DNA from: a virus
DNA length: 64,000 nucleotides
Strand: one strand, 5' to 3'
IMG/VR virus record: IMGVR_UViG_3300045988_090210
A program made the position numbers and the translations under genes. Shown here one piece after another: positions 54,759 to 64,000 of the stretch. The notes under the pieces were generated by a model. The model was not told the DNA's origin. It searched no databases and saw only the letters and a list, made by a program, of their open reading frames with translations. How positions within the stretch are numbered: the first letter of the stretch is position 1; each line of letters starts with the position of its first letter.

Positions 54759-55288
54759 TACTTATTCTCCCCAAGAATCCAAAAGTCAGGAATATCATGG
54801 TCATAGGCAGGGCTATCGCCATAAATATCGATTTTATCGCTGAGCAATATCACTTGCTCAACAACCTTATTCACGTCTTCCAGCAAATCAAGCAAATCTG
54901 CATAAACATGAATATCATTGTTATCAAAGGCGATTTTAGCACAACCCATCATCATTGCTTGAAAGTTGATATTAACTTTTTCAAGGTCTTTAATAATCTC
55001 GATTACAGAACTATAATCTTGGCCACCTTCAGGCGTTGCTGCATAGTAGACAGGGATATTGTAGCGCTCTAAACATTTCTCGCCAATCAAATCAGACAAA
55101 GTGGGGTAATAATGAGCAATACCATGATGCACCAAATTAGCAGTCTGATTATATGCGAACTTAACACCAAGAACGCTAACCAGTCTGTCTAAGTGACGAT
55201 TCATCTTAAAGCACTCGCCAATAAGTTCTGTAACAGCGTTAATTGTATTTTGTGTCACTAACATATCTTTCACCTTCTTACTGATCAT
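54758..55288 (-). CDS. hypothetical protein (four-helix-bundle, Dps/ferritin-like?)
   Basis: Helical. HHGIAHYYPTLSDLIGEKCLERYNIP faintly resembles Dps (H..F..lH....D.iAER). Low confidence. Confidence 0.35.
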   Translation of the reverse strand: MISKKVKDMLVTQNTINAVTELIGECFKMNRHLDRLVSVLGVKFAYNQTANLVHHGIAHYYPTLSDLIGEKCLERYNIPVYYAATPEGGQDYSSVIEIIKDLEKVNINFQAMMMGCAKIAFDNNDIHVYADLLDLLEDVNKVVEQVILLSDKIDIYGDSPAYDHDIPDFWILGENK

Positions 55289-56837
55289 CGTTAAGCTCTG
55301 CTGAATCAGATTTGTCTAATTTATCTTTTTCAGGCCGACCGCCCGTGTATTCACCAGCCGTTGTGTTTGTGTTCAACATAAGCTGGCTATACTTATCAAG
55401 CCACCCACTATTCTTACTGGCCATTAGGCTCTTCTCAAATACAACGGGGTTCATGCCAATCAAAGACGCATAAACAGAGCTATCAAACACAAGGCCCTTA
55501 TCGGCCAATTTCATTACATTATCAAATCTCTGTTGGCGCTCACTGCGATAAGTAGACCCATTAAACACAAACTGCCACTTAAACTTCTTGGTAAGCTGAT
55601 TACCAAAGAAATTCATAAACTTGCTAAACTGGTCATATAGAGGACGCATAGTCTGATAAGTTTCGTTCTGTCCAGCCTCAATCTCAGCATTAGACATTCT
55701 ATCAGAACTATAAATAACCCGACTTACATTACTACCAACGCCAGCAGTAGAGCTTACCTGAGTGGTATACATTGATGGGTTGCTATCATTATACTGGAAA
55801 AACTTGTTGTCACCAGTAGGCATGGCCGCAACCTTAATTGTGTTACCAAGACCTTGCTTTACTTTAGACATGAAAGCACCCAATGTCTTGGGGTCGATTG
55901 CAAACTGGTTTTTCTGTGTACCAGATTTAGCATTGTCAAACAACTGAATAGCACCAGCCAAAATACCATAAGCAGTATTTATGTCCTTATCCAACTGCAA
56001 CTGCTGAACTTCGTCATCAGTAATGGCGTTCTTTAGCAGAGGGGCGAGATAAGGTGTGGTGTTAAAGTTGCTAAGATTCATTTTGAAGCAAAAAGCACCA
56101 TCATTAGGGCTTGTCTGTGTCCACATAGCATAAGTGCCAACACGGTCTGCAAACGGATTAGTAGGACGGTAGTCTTTGAAAGACTCGTTTTCACTAAACA
56201 CACGCTTATAATATTTCTTAAAAGCAGGGTCAAAACTATCAATGTCTACACCCGGATTCAAGAAATATTGCATATTAAAATCAAACAACGGCCCAACGTC
56301 ACTCATTGCAGTCATCATGCAATAATCTTGAGGTAACATCTGCAACGCATACCGCATTTGGCCTTTATTGCCCCACTTGGTTTTGCGCCACCAGCAATAA
56401 TATACTTCATGCAACAAAACCTGTTCAACTACTTTTCTAAACTCACCCTTATAGTCAAACTTTAGCAAAAAATCATCAATTCGCCGTTTATCGTCTTTAT
56501 ATGCCTTTGTATCATAATCAGATTCATCAGCATTGACACAGATACATTGTAAGTCAAAGGCCAAAGCATTGGCATAGTTTTTGACGGTTTTAGCGAAAAT
56601 CATATCAAAAACATTCATGTATTCCATATAACTCTGAATGTTTTCTGCGTTATTGCGATAATCAGACAATGCTTGTCTAACGGCCTTAGATGTTGCTTCT
56701 CTTGCATCATTATTAAGGTCTTGCAAAATGGCATTGCTCAGCCAAGGCGACCACACATTATACATCTCACCGTAAGCTAATCCAGCCGCAAAATCAATAA
56801 CATCTTGAACTTGAGATTTAGTTAATTTTTCAGGCAT
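55278..56837 (-). CDS. portal protein
   Basis: 519 aa immediately downstream of the large terminase. SD AAAGGAG. Assigned by position and size. Confidence 0.6.
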   Translation of the reverse strand: MPEKLTKSQVQDVIDFAAGLAYGEMYNVWSPWLSNAILQDLNNDAREATSKAVRQALSDYRNNAENIQSYMEYMNVFDMIFAKTVKNYANALAFDLQCICVNADESDYDTKAYKDDKRRIDDFLLKFDYKGEFRKVVEQVLLHEVYYCWWRKTKWGNKGQMRYALQMLPQDYCMMTAMSDVGPLFDFNMQYFLNPGVDIDSFDPAFKKYYKRVFSENESFKDYRPTNPFADRVGTYAMWTQTSPNDGAFCFKMNLSNFNTTPYLAPLLKNAITDDEVQQLQLDKDINTAYGILAGAIQLFDNAKSGTQKNQFAIDPKTLGAFMSKVKQGLGNTIKVAAMPTGDNKFFQYNDSNPSMYTTQVSSTAGVGSNVSRVIYSSDRMSNAEIEAGQNETYQTMRPLYDQFSKFMNFFGNQLTKKFKWQFVFNGSTYRSERQQRFDNVMKLADKGLVFDSSVYASLIGMNPVVFEKSLMASKNSGWLDKYSQLMLNTNTTAGEYTGGRPEKDKLDKSDSAELNDDQ

Positions 56838-56860
56838 TTGTCACACTCCTTTCTTTTAGA

Positions 56861-58708
56861 TTAAAAGACAAGTTGAATATCATCTATATCCAAGTCATCT
56901 TCTTGCATAGATTGATTATATTTGTTTTCGAGTTTACTGGCAATATAGTTACCATAAGATAAACAAATAGCACGATCTTTGGTTCCCATTCGGGGTTCTT
57001 TTAACCTTACCCTTCCATCCTTAAACTCAGCGCTCAAATTAACAGCCTCTTGTATCATCAAGTCAACTTGGCCATAAGGGGCAAGCTCCTTTGCTAAATC
57101 CTCACTTGACAACTCAAAAAACCGACCATTATCCTCAAGCACTTCTTGTCTATTCTGAGTAGGTATCAAAAACTTAATATTATTACTTTCAAGTTGTTTC
57201 TTCAACTCAACCCACATAATAGCGTTGAGTTCACTTGTACCAACAACAGGAATAATACAGGGTAAGGCGTTTTTATCAACTGTGCGCCCTACCAAGTCAT
57301 CTATCTTATTGCTTGGGACAACGTGCAAATCTTTGTCATTTACAACAGTAAAACCACAAGAGTTCCACATATTACCACGTTCAGGATGTTCCCATTGCAT
57401 AGTCATACGGTTATAAAGGACTTCGCCACCGCTACGAAGGTCGGGCACATAATAATCGGCCTGATAATCCCAAAATAACTCTCTTGCTCTATCAGCAGCG
57501 CCCAAACTATCACTAGCCGGATGTCCCTCAATATAATCTACATGACGCTCAAATCGGTTGCCTTTCCAATGCAAAGACATCAGCATAATAATGGTATTAT
57601 CGTTTGCTTCACGAGATGTTGTATTAGCAAAAGCATAGTCTGTGATTACTAAACGCAACTCATTATCTTGCTTAGGAACATTGCCCAAGTCTTTCATTGT
57701 ATATATGTCTATGCTGGTAGGCGGTATAAACGCCTGTTCAAGTGTTTGGTTTTCCTTAAAATTTTGTATCTTAAAGAAAGCGTCCTCAGCTTCACCTATC
57801 ATCTCGTTCAAGTCCTCCATGCGATAATCCATATCGCTTGACATTTTTCTTGAACGGCGTAAATCGCCCCATGTTTTTAAACCATTCGCAATAGACAAGA
57901 ATATATCGCCAGCAAAAACATTATACTGCGTCTTTCTGTCATTATAATAACCTGTCACGCAATCCTTAAATGTTCGCCAAAACCACTCAAACCGATAACG
58001 GGCGGATGTAATATAAATAGATTGACATTCTTCAGTCCATCGTTTATTATTAGAATACTCAGGGTTCTCAATGATATACTTTGCTTGTCTTGGATGTGCC
58101 ATCTTTTCAAATACTGAGTCAATAATACCTTTTTTTAACAAACGGCACTCTTCATAAATCAATAGGGTCGCTCTACGGCCACGAGACCCCTCGTTAGCTG
58201 GTAGAACCTCAAGTGTAGATCCGTTTAAAGTACAAGTTATCTTATAACCATCATCACTCTTGGTGATAACCAAATATTCTTTCTCATACAAGAACAATAG
58301 ATAGGGCGATAGCTTTTTAATCAACTCATCCCTTATCTTTTTCTCTACAATAACGTTAGCTTGAGCAATGGTTGATGCAGTAATGATAACCTCAGAGTAG
58401 GGATAAAGCAACATTTTTACTATTGCAGCAAGACCGACCATAAAAGTCTTTGACAAACCACGGCTACAAATAGCAAAAAACACATCACTAACACCCATCA
58501 GATATATCATCAAAGCCTGAAACGGCTTTAATTTAATCTGCAATACTAAGTCTACAAAAATATGCCAATTTCGGCGAAATAAAGTAACCCAGTTAATGAT
58601 GTTATCTTCTTTTTCTTGAGATGTGAGTTTATGAGACGAACGTAATTGAGTGGTTATAAGGTTGTTTTCCATGAACTGTCTACGCAGTCCACCCATTCGG
58701 CTACGCAT
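56861..58708 (-). CDS. terL: terminase large subunit
   Basis: Walker A-like CSRGLSKTF, Walker B LLIYEECRL. C-terminal nuclease-like half (VITDYAF...). Start among M1/M5/M13 is uncertain. Confidence 0.8.
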   Translation of the reverse strand: MRSRMGGLRRQFMENNLITTQLRSSHKLTSQEKEDNIINWVTLFRRNWHIFVDLVLQIKLKPFQALMIYLMGVSDVFFAICSRGLSKTFMVGLAAIVKMLLYPYSEVIITASTIAQANVIVEKKIRDELIKKLSPYLLFLYEKEYLVITKSDDGYKITCTLNGSTLEVLPANEGSRGRRATLLIYEECRLLKKGIIDSVFEKMAHPRQAKYIIENPEYSNNKRWTEECQSIYITSARYRFEWFWRTFKDCVTGYYNDRKTQYNVFAGDIFLSIANGLKTWGDLRRSRKMSSDMDYRMEDLNEMIGEAEDAFFKIQNFKENQTLEQAFIPPTSIDIYTMKDLGNVPKQDNELRLVITDYAFANTTSREANDNTIIMLMSLHWKGNRFERHVDYIEGHPASDSLGAADRARELFWDYQADYYVPDLRSGGEVLYNRMTMQWEHPERGNMWNSCGFTVVNDKDLHVVPSNKIDDLVGRTVDKNALPCIIPVVGTSELNAIMWVELKKQLESNNIKFLIPTQNRQEVLEDNGRFFELSSEDLAKELAPYGQVDLMIQEAVNLSAEFKDGRVRLKEPRMGTKDRAICLSYGNYIASKLENKYNQSMQEDDLDIDDIQLVF

Positions 58709-59574
58709 TATTCTTCACCTTTTTGAATCTCAGGATAGTCACGGGTATTGGCGATTAAATTCCTCATACATCTCATAATCTCGGCCCACTTAATACCAAA
58801 ACCACTAAAATCCTTATATTTTTCTAAATCTTCACATTCACATGGTTTAGTATTTTCAACCATCCAACATATACGTTCAATATGCTTTTCAACTTCACTC
58901 TGTTTATTATCTTGAAACTTATCAAGTTTGAGCAAAGCCATATTCTTACGCAAACTTTCTTCGGCTTTAGTTATCTCGCCAATATCGCCGTTTTCATCAG
59001 CCTTACGTTTACGCAACTCAGCTTTACATAAATCTCTGTATCTTAACTCAAGGGCAGTATCCATATTGGGCAAATCTTGTGTGTACATATCAAAGAAAGC
59101 GTTTAACAGTTCATAATCCTCAACCTCAAACTTACCCCAAAGACGCTCCATCTCAGTCAAGTCCAAAGGCGGGTTATCCTCTACCTCTTTTCTTTCTACG
59201 CCAGTATCCACAAAGTCACTCAACTTCATATCACTCTGCCAAAAACCCTCTATGACAAAGCCCAATTCCTTGAGTGTATTGTGATAGGCCATAAACAAAG
59301 TAGACCCATTAGCACTTCCACTCTTGCGGCTAACAGCCATATCATAATATTCTCTAATAACAGGATAACCCATCTCAGCGCACAAACACCACAATGCCCC
59401 ACCCTCAGATTTTAGTTCTTCCTGATATTGCTTGAATCTACTGTTAAGACAAGCACGGCAAAGTGGTAGATATATGTTATGATGAGGGTTGAGGCTTTGA
59501 ATAAAGGCCGTCTTTTCTTTTGGCTTCATACAGCCTACACACCATGTTTGTGTAGTCCTATTAAACTCTGCCAT
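58708..59574 (-). CDS. putative terminase small subunit (by position)
   Basis: Directly upstream of terL with a 1-nt overlap. N-terminal CxxC...CxxC. No family recognised. Confidence 0.35.
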   Translation of the reverse strand: MAEFNRTTQTWCVGCMKPKEKTAFIQSLNPHHNIYLPLCRACLNSRFKQYQEELKSEGGALWCLCAEMGYPVIREYYDMAVSRKSGSANGSTLFMAYHNTLKELGFVIEGFWQSDMKLSDFVDTGVERKEVEDNPPLDLTEMERLWGKFEVEDYELLNAFFDMYTQDLPNMDTALELRYRDLCKAELRKRKADENGDIGEITKAEESLRKNMALLKLDKFQDNKQSEVEKHIERICWMVENTKPCECEDLEKYKDFSGFGIKWAEIMRCMRNLIANTRDYPEIQKGEE

Positions 59575-60017
59575 GTTTCCCCTTTCTCTACATAGGAAAA
59601 GCGTGGGCTAAGTTATCTGCCTCAGCCCACACATCCCATGAAGAATATCCAATAATTCCTTATATTCAGTTTTGCTGGTAGTTTGGCTTTAGACCACTTA
59701 CCAGAGATAATTAGACCATCTCCTTTCATACTTTAGTCAGATATTTACTGACAGTTGGACGCAAGGTTGTGGCCTCCTCTCATTTGAGAATTTTCCAATC
59801 GCCAATGATTAGTAGCGATTTCTGCTTTATTGTGCAGTACAAGAATTAAATGGGGTCAATTTATATACCACTCTCCCCTCGCCAAGTGGTAATCTCTGTT
59901 GGTTTTAGTTAATGTCTCACCTTTCGGCTGACAAGATATATTCAAACTCGCCCTTGCCCGTCACAAGCCCCACAAGCATCTGTAACGTAATCAAGTTAAA
60001 CAAGGACGAATATTGAA
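59575..60017 (-). other. 443-bp ORF-free region upstream of the packaging genes
   Basis: No ORF of 60 aa or more on either strand. Contains direct repeats TTAGACCA (59689-96, 59711-18), small inverted repeats, a G/C-rich patch and a hairpin at 59603-59630. Confidence 0.5.
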
Positions 60018-61217
60018 TCAAAGATAATAATTACGGCTCCAAGTCTTGCCATTATCTTCCTCGTACAAAGCCATATAACAACTTGGTCGTGCAGATGCTC
60101 TAATCTGTTTAGCATAGCTGTCTGTACCTACAATAGACCCAACACGAGTCAACTGTCTATCACCAAGTTCAGTAATACCTACAGTCTTACTTTCGGTACG
60201 ATGCAAATGACCAGCCACAATCTCATCAACATCAATGTTGTACAGATTACTAAAATAATCCATGGTGGTCCTGAGGTCTTTGTCCTCACCATGTTGGAAC
60301 ATCACATTAACGCCTTGAATGTTTTTAATAGCAACATCTTGGTAATCATCAACCGTAATCCAATCTAAGTCTTGTAGACGCAATTTGATAAACTCAACCA
60401 CAATCTTAGTTAAGTTTTCGCCTTCAAACATGGGGCGAGAGGTAAGGCTTCTTACAGTATCGTGATTACCCCCGATAATAACCACATTCACTTTTTTCTC
60501 AAGACGAATAGATAACTGATAAATCCATTCGCTTAGGAACTCAGCCAAACGAATAACCGTATCAGTCACAGGCTCACGTAGTTTGGTCAGGCTTGACTCT
60601 CTAAGAATACCCTCAACCAAGTCACCACAAATGGCCACGGTTAAATCATCAAACACAATATCATCGGCTTCAATCTTGTCAATGATAGACCAAAGCCGTG
60701 CACACATGATATCGTAGCTGTACTCGTTTACAATTTCGTTATAAATTCCTTTTACCGTAAACGTAGACCCAGCATGAAGGTCAGATATGGCAAGTAAAGC
60801 CGTTCTATGTTTATCACAAGGCTCTACATCTAACTTTGGTCGAGCACCCTTAATCGGCTCTAAACGCTCAATCGCCTTAATAATCTGTTCGTTAAACAGG
60901 TCATTTCTGGCTTCTGCACGTTGGATAGCATTATACTCAAGGTTGGCCGTTTGAATCTTAATTCTTTCAGCCTTGAGTTGTTCCAACATATCTTGCATCT
61001 CCGCTGCCTTGTCTTGATTTTCTCCTTCAATATCATTTTCAATACCTTGAACGATAGTGCTTACTACTTGATAGCAACGCCTTAAATTTTCATAAGAATA
61101 ACGCACTTGGCCAAGTAAGCTTTCAGACCACTCAGTATAATCTATTGTATTATTAGAAACAGCATTTGTAGCTCTTTTGACAAAAGCTAAATAACTTTCA
61201 TTTTCTTTTCTATTCAT
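60018..61217 (-). CDS. calcineurin-like metallophosphoesterase (SbcD/Mre11-like fold)
   Basis: Motifs ISDLHAG, CGDLVEG, GGNHD, FQHGED, AGHLHR in canonical order. Coiled N-terminal extension. Confidence 0.7.
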   Translation of the reverse strand: MNRKENESYLAFVKRATNAVSNNTIDYTEWSESLLGQVRYSYENLRRCYQVVSTIVQGIENDIEGENQDKAAEMQDMLEQLKAERIKIQTANLEYNAIQRAEARNDLFNEQIIKAIERLEPIKGARPKLDVEPCDKHRTALLAISDLHAGSTFTVKGIYNEIVNEYSYDIMCARLWSIIDKIEADDIVFDDLTVAICGDLVEGILRESSLTKLREPVTDTVIRLAEFLSEWIYQLSIRLEKKVNVVIIGGNHDTVRSLTSRPMFEGENLTKIVVEFIKLRLQDLDWITVDDYQDVAIKNIQGVNVMFQHGEDKDLRTTMDYFSNLYNIDVDEIVAGHLHRTESKTVGITELGDRQLTRVGSIVGTDSYAKQIRASARPSCYMALYEEDNGKTWSRNYYL

Positions 61218-62061
61218 TTTCGTCCTTTAAAAATCTCCATTTAAAACCACCCGCTGTTTTGCGTTTTTGAATCCCACTACAAACATGAGAAATAGAATTC
61301 TTATCTATGCCCGTTTTTCTACTTGCTTCTGTAATAGAATCATAAACAGCGACAACATTTCCTTCTAAATCTATTTGTGCTACTGGTTTCTTTATATTTC
61401 CTTTAAAAGGAATATAATCCGGATCATATTCCCACTTATACCCACCGGCGGTAATACAACCATTCCTATGACCGGCAACATCTTTAATACAAACATAATT
61501 TATCCCTGTCACACGAGAAGCTTCAGCCGCACTTTTATAAATATATAAAATATTGCCGTCTATATCTTCTTGAAATATTCTTTTACATCCACTATAACAA
61601 AAGTTTTCTTTTGTTTTACTGTCTCTTTCTTTACCAAACCACGGCCCATTCTCACCCTTCCTATTAGTGCCAAACACAGGATTATCAGGGCCAGTAATAC
61701 GAACTACACCATATATAGGATTATTTTTCCCAGAATTATATTTTGTTAAATATTCAGCATATTTTTTACGAGCCTCGGCATATTCTTCGTCATTTTGAAT
61801 AATTCTTTTTTTAGACGAACCTCCGCCCAATGTCATCATATGCCTCGCATATAACAACCCCTGAACATTCGGGTTCTCTTCTGCCAATAACTTATGAGCA
61901 TTATAATGTTCTTGAGCAGTTAAATCAACTAAATTATCTTTATCATTTGTTCCACCCATACATTTAGGCAGGATGTGATGGCGCTCATGGTACTCTCCTT
62001 TAGGTATACCAAAACGACCTCTTGTGTTAATAATCTGTTGTATAAACTCATCGTAAGTCAT
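61210..62061 (-). CDS. free-standing HNH homing endonuclease with two C-terminal DNA-binding repeats
   Basis: HNH core HERHHILPKCMGGTNDKDNLVDLTAQEHYNAH. Repeats ...DIDGNILYIYKS...TAGGYKWEY and ...DLEGNVVAVYDS...TAGGFKWRF. Confidence 0.8.
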   Translation of the reverse strand: MTYDEFIQQIINTRGRFGIPKGEYHERHHILPKCMGGTNDKDNLVDLTAQEHYNAHKLLAEENPNVQGLLYARHMMTLGGGSSKKRIIQNDEEYAEARKKYAEYLTKYNSGKNNPIYGVVRITGPDNPVFGTNRKGENGPWFGKERDSKTKENFCYSGCKRIFQEDIDGNILYIYKSAAEASRVTGINYVCIKDVAGHRNGCITAGGYKWEYDPDYIPFKGNIKKPVAQIDLEGNVVAVYDSITEASRKTGIDKNSISHVCSGIQKRKTAGGFKWRFLKDENE

Positions 62062-62209
62062 AAAATATCAATCTCCTTCAAAGATTATATTTATAAGCGG
62101 TTAGATAGTAGTTGAAGGCAACTATCAACATTCGTCAATGCTGTCCCGCTTTTTATCAACATTATTTTTGAGTCGCTATCTGCGCTTTGCTCAATAATGT
62201 CATATCCTA

Positions 62210-62938
62210 TTATCCCTTTTCTTCTTTTTCAGCATATCTCCACTTATACCCACCAGCCGTCTTTTGCTTTCTAAATGGGCTACAACAATTAGAGATATAA
62301 ATTTTATCAATTCCTGTTGCGTTACCAGCAGCAGTCATAGACTCAAACACAGCAATAGTATTGCCTTCCATATCCATTTGAACCACAGCACGTGCGTTGT
62401 TTGATTGGCCAGCCGTTCTTTCGTTGGTCTTGGCCTTATCTTCTCTTTTTTTCTCAAGCAACTTTTGAAACTCTTTTTTTGCTGACTCTCGCCTTTGCTC
62501 AATCATTTCATCAACACAAGCGCTTGCCGCCAAACTATCGGCCCTAACCTGTCTTGTATAATCACGCTCAGTTAAAGCCCCTTTTTTGAGCCTCTTACGA
62601 TATGTCTTAGTCACGCCTTGCATATTCACATCGTTGATAAAATCATCTTCAGGCGTAAATATCGGCACAATCCGACCCGGCACAAGATACGTTACTTCTT
62701 TGCCATTCGGCATCCGTTGTTTCGTATAATGGCTTTCTTCCTCTTTTATCGTAAAAGTCCCTATCCCCGGTACTCTACAACACCCGTTATAAAACACCTC
62801 ACGAATAATAACCTCTTGAAAAGCAGACCACCATTCAGCAGCGGTTTGAATAGACGTGCTATCTTTCCAGCGACAAGCCTGTTTGAAGAACTCTTTATTA
62901 GTGGTCATCATACCATGAAAATTATTCACTTGCGCCAT
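62210..62938 (-). CDS. HU/IHF-like protein fused to a homing-endonuclease-type DNA-binding module
   Basis: HU-like arm VPGIGTFTIKEE...QRMPNGKEV. C-terminal VVQMDMEGNTIAVFES...KTAGGYKWRY matches the repeats of the adjacent HNH protein. Confidence 0.6.
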   Translation of the reverse strand: MAQVNNFHGMMTTNKEFFKQACRWKDSTSIQTAAEWWSAFQEVIIREVFYNGCCRVPGIGTFTIKEEESHYTKQRMPNGKEVTYLVPGRIVPIFTPEDDFINDVNMQGVTKTYRKRLKKGALTERDYTRQVRADSLAASACVDEMIEQRRESAKKEFQKLLEKKREDKAKTNERTAGQSNNARAVVQMDMEGNTIAVFESMTAAGNATGIDKIYISNCCSPFRKQKTAGGYKWRYAEKEEKG

Positions 62939-63353
62939 CGTCTACATCCTCTTCATCAATTTCATCATTTTCGTCATAACTGACCAAACTTGTGTTCGCT
63001 GGGTTTTCTTCTCCAACGTCAAACAATGTAGCCGCCTTTTGCTTTTCGGCCCACCTGTTGCTTAATCTCAGCACCGTTTTTTGAAAGCCAGGAACATCTT
63101 TAGGTTCAGTATAGCATTTCTCTTTCGGGTTCCATCTCCGTACATCGGCACGGGGGTCAACCTGTTTCCAACTAAGGTGTCCAATGCCCGGAATGGGAAC
63201 TTCAACCTGTCCTAAAAGACCTTCTTGAACAATCTCGCCATAAATATCAAGAGTTGTCTTGACCATATCTGCCGGGAACCCTGTTCTAAGAAAAATTTGA
63301 TAAGCTACTTCTTTTTGAGTTAGCCTTGGTTTTTTTGAACTATAACCAGCCAT
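62922..63353 (-). CDS. HU/IHF-like DNA-binding protein with acidic tail
   Basis: LTQKEVAYQI..., PIPGIGHLSWKQV..RADVRRWNPKEK (HU arm, RNP-like). C-terminal DENDEIDEEDVDD. Confidence 0.65.
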   Translation of the reverse strand: MAGYSSKKPRLTQKEVAYQIFLRTGFPADMVKTTLDIYGEIVQEGLLGQVEVPIPGIGHLSWKQVDPRADVRRWNPKEKCYTEPKDVPGFQKTVLRLSNRWAEKQKAATLFDVGEENPANTSLVSYDENDEIDEEDVDDGASE

Positions 63354-63412
63354 GTTTTACTCCTTTTCCCTAATAATCAATCACTTTATAACACACTAAA
63401 ATTGCCAAACCC

Positions 63413-64000
63413 TTACATCCCAATGGTTTCAGAGGTTGTAACCGCCAAATTTTTCCGGTCTCTAGTTTTTTGGCGGTTACCCTCTGCATAACACTCATCG
63501 GAACAATAAACATCTTGATTACCACGCTTCGGCTCAAATCTGCGCCCACAGATAGGACACACCTTGCCACTAACATTATCTTTAAGATTAGCAACAATGA
63601 CATCCCCAAAACAAGCCCACAATATTTTCTTTGTACCAGTTTTTTGAACGGTATAAAGATAAGCCACAAGTGTATTCACCACATAATCAAGTTCTCCCCC
63701 TGTTTCCTCAATAATCTTGTCTCGGATGTATTGATACATAAACAAATCTTCTTGATTACTATGGTTTTCATCTTCGGCCTTAAATAGATAATTCTGGTGA
63801 GTATTATAATACTTATATCTTTCAACAATCTTACTGTTCTCTTGAATATCAAACCCAACGTCTTGTTTCATTAACATCCGATAATCAAATCGCCCAATCG
63901 TCTTACAATATCGAATGTTTTTGTCTGGAATAGATAAACTTAACCGATTCATAGTTGATTCATTTGCTTGTTCAACCTGAGATGGTAATTTGTCTTTAGC
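63413..64000 (-). CDS. hypothetical protein with C-terminal zinc ribbon; frame open to the window edge
   Basis: CPICGRRF...YCSDEC. The frame has no stop between the tracked Met (63952) and nt 64000, and no SD precedes that Met. The real start may lie outside the window. Confidence 0.45.
   Translation of the reverse strand, partial: AKDKLPSQVEQANESTMNRLSLSIPDKNIRYCKTIGRFDYRMLMKQDVGFDIQENSKIVERYKYYNTHQNYLFKAEDENHSNQEDLFMYQYIRDKIIEETGGELDYVVNTLVAYLYTVQKTGTKKILWACFGDVIVANLKDNVSGKVCPICGRRFEPKRGNQDVYCSDECYAEGNRQKTRDRKNLAVTTSETIGM

Noticed and set aside
59575-60017. tRNA or tmRNA in the large non-coding region (also checked in 42925-43259)
   Set aside because: No GTTCRANYC T-loop flanked by a 5-bp stem, and no acceptor/anticodon arrangement, could be drawn on either strand.
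1-64000. Lysogeny module, CRISPR array, rRNA or tRNA genes
   Set aside because: None was recognised. There is no integrase-, recombinase- or CI-like ORF and no repeat-spacer array in this window. A lysogeny module could still lie outside it.

Overview
This 64-kb window is a segment of a tailed dsDNA phage genome. I saw no integrase or repressor. GC looks about 40% by eye. The SD-rich, sigma-A-type signals and an SLH-like module on the endolysin suggest a Firmicutes host (inference). Two convergent arms meet at a hairpin near 28.18 kb.

The plus strand (1-28146) carries replication, recombination and nucleotide metabolism genes:
- SSB-like protein, Sak4/AAA_24-like ATPase, DnaB-like helicase and a beta-CASP MBL nuclease
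- a NifS/IscS-like cysteine desulfurase, a TOPRIM primase and a RecJ-like DHH exonuclease
- a beta-class DNA methyltransferase, a 1303-aa DnaE-type polymerase and a RecD-like SF1 helicase
- NrdH-like, NrdD, NrdG-like and FTR-like proteins, a mini ThyX-like protein, dUTPase and a HAD phosphatase

The minus strand (64000-28229) carries, in order of transcription:
- two HU-like genes, a free-standing HNH endonuclease and a metallophosphoesterase
- a 443-bp ORF-free region
- terminase, portal, protease/scaffold and capsid genes
- tail, tape-measure, fibre and baseplate-like genes
- endolysin and holin

The main observations are:
1. Three group-I-type introns are supported by P1/P10 pairing that I derived by hand, in nrdD, in the thyX-like gene and in the tape-measure gene. 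The tape-measure intron carries a promoter-driven 82-aa membrane-protein ORF instead of a homing endonuclease.
2. The cysteine desulfurase gene is cut into two ORFs by a promoter-equipped HNH endonuclease gene.
3. The NrdH / NrdD / NrdG-like / FTR-like cluster resembles the ferredoxin-dependent thiol pathway known for one class III RNR.
4. Several plus-strand TTGACA-N17/18-TGnTATAAT promoters sit inside hairpins. Read-through RNA would be terminated or have its SD masked, while promoter-initiated RNA would not.
5. SSB, helicase, RecJ-like exonuclease and a small protein share acidic C-termini ending in Phe.

All coordinates, motifs and pairings were read by eye from the sequence and the ORF track. 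No database search or folding program was run.
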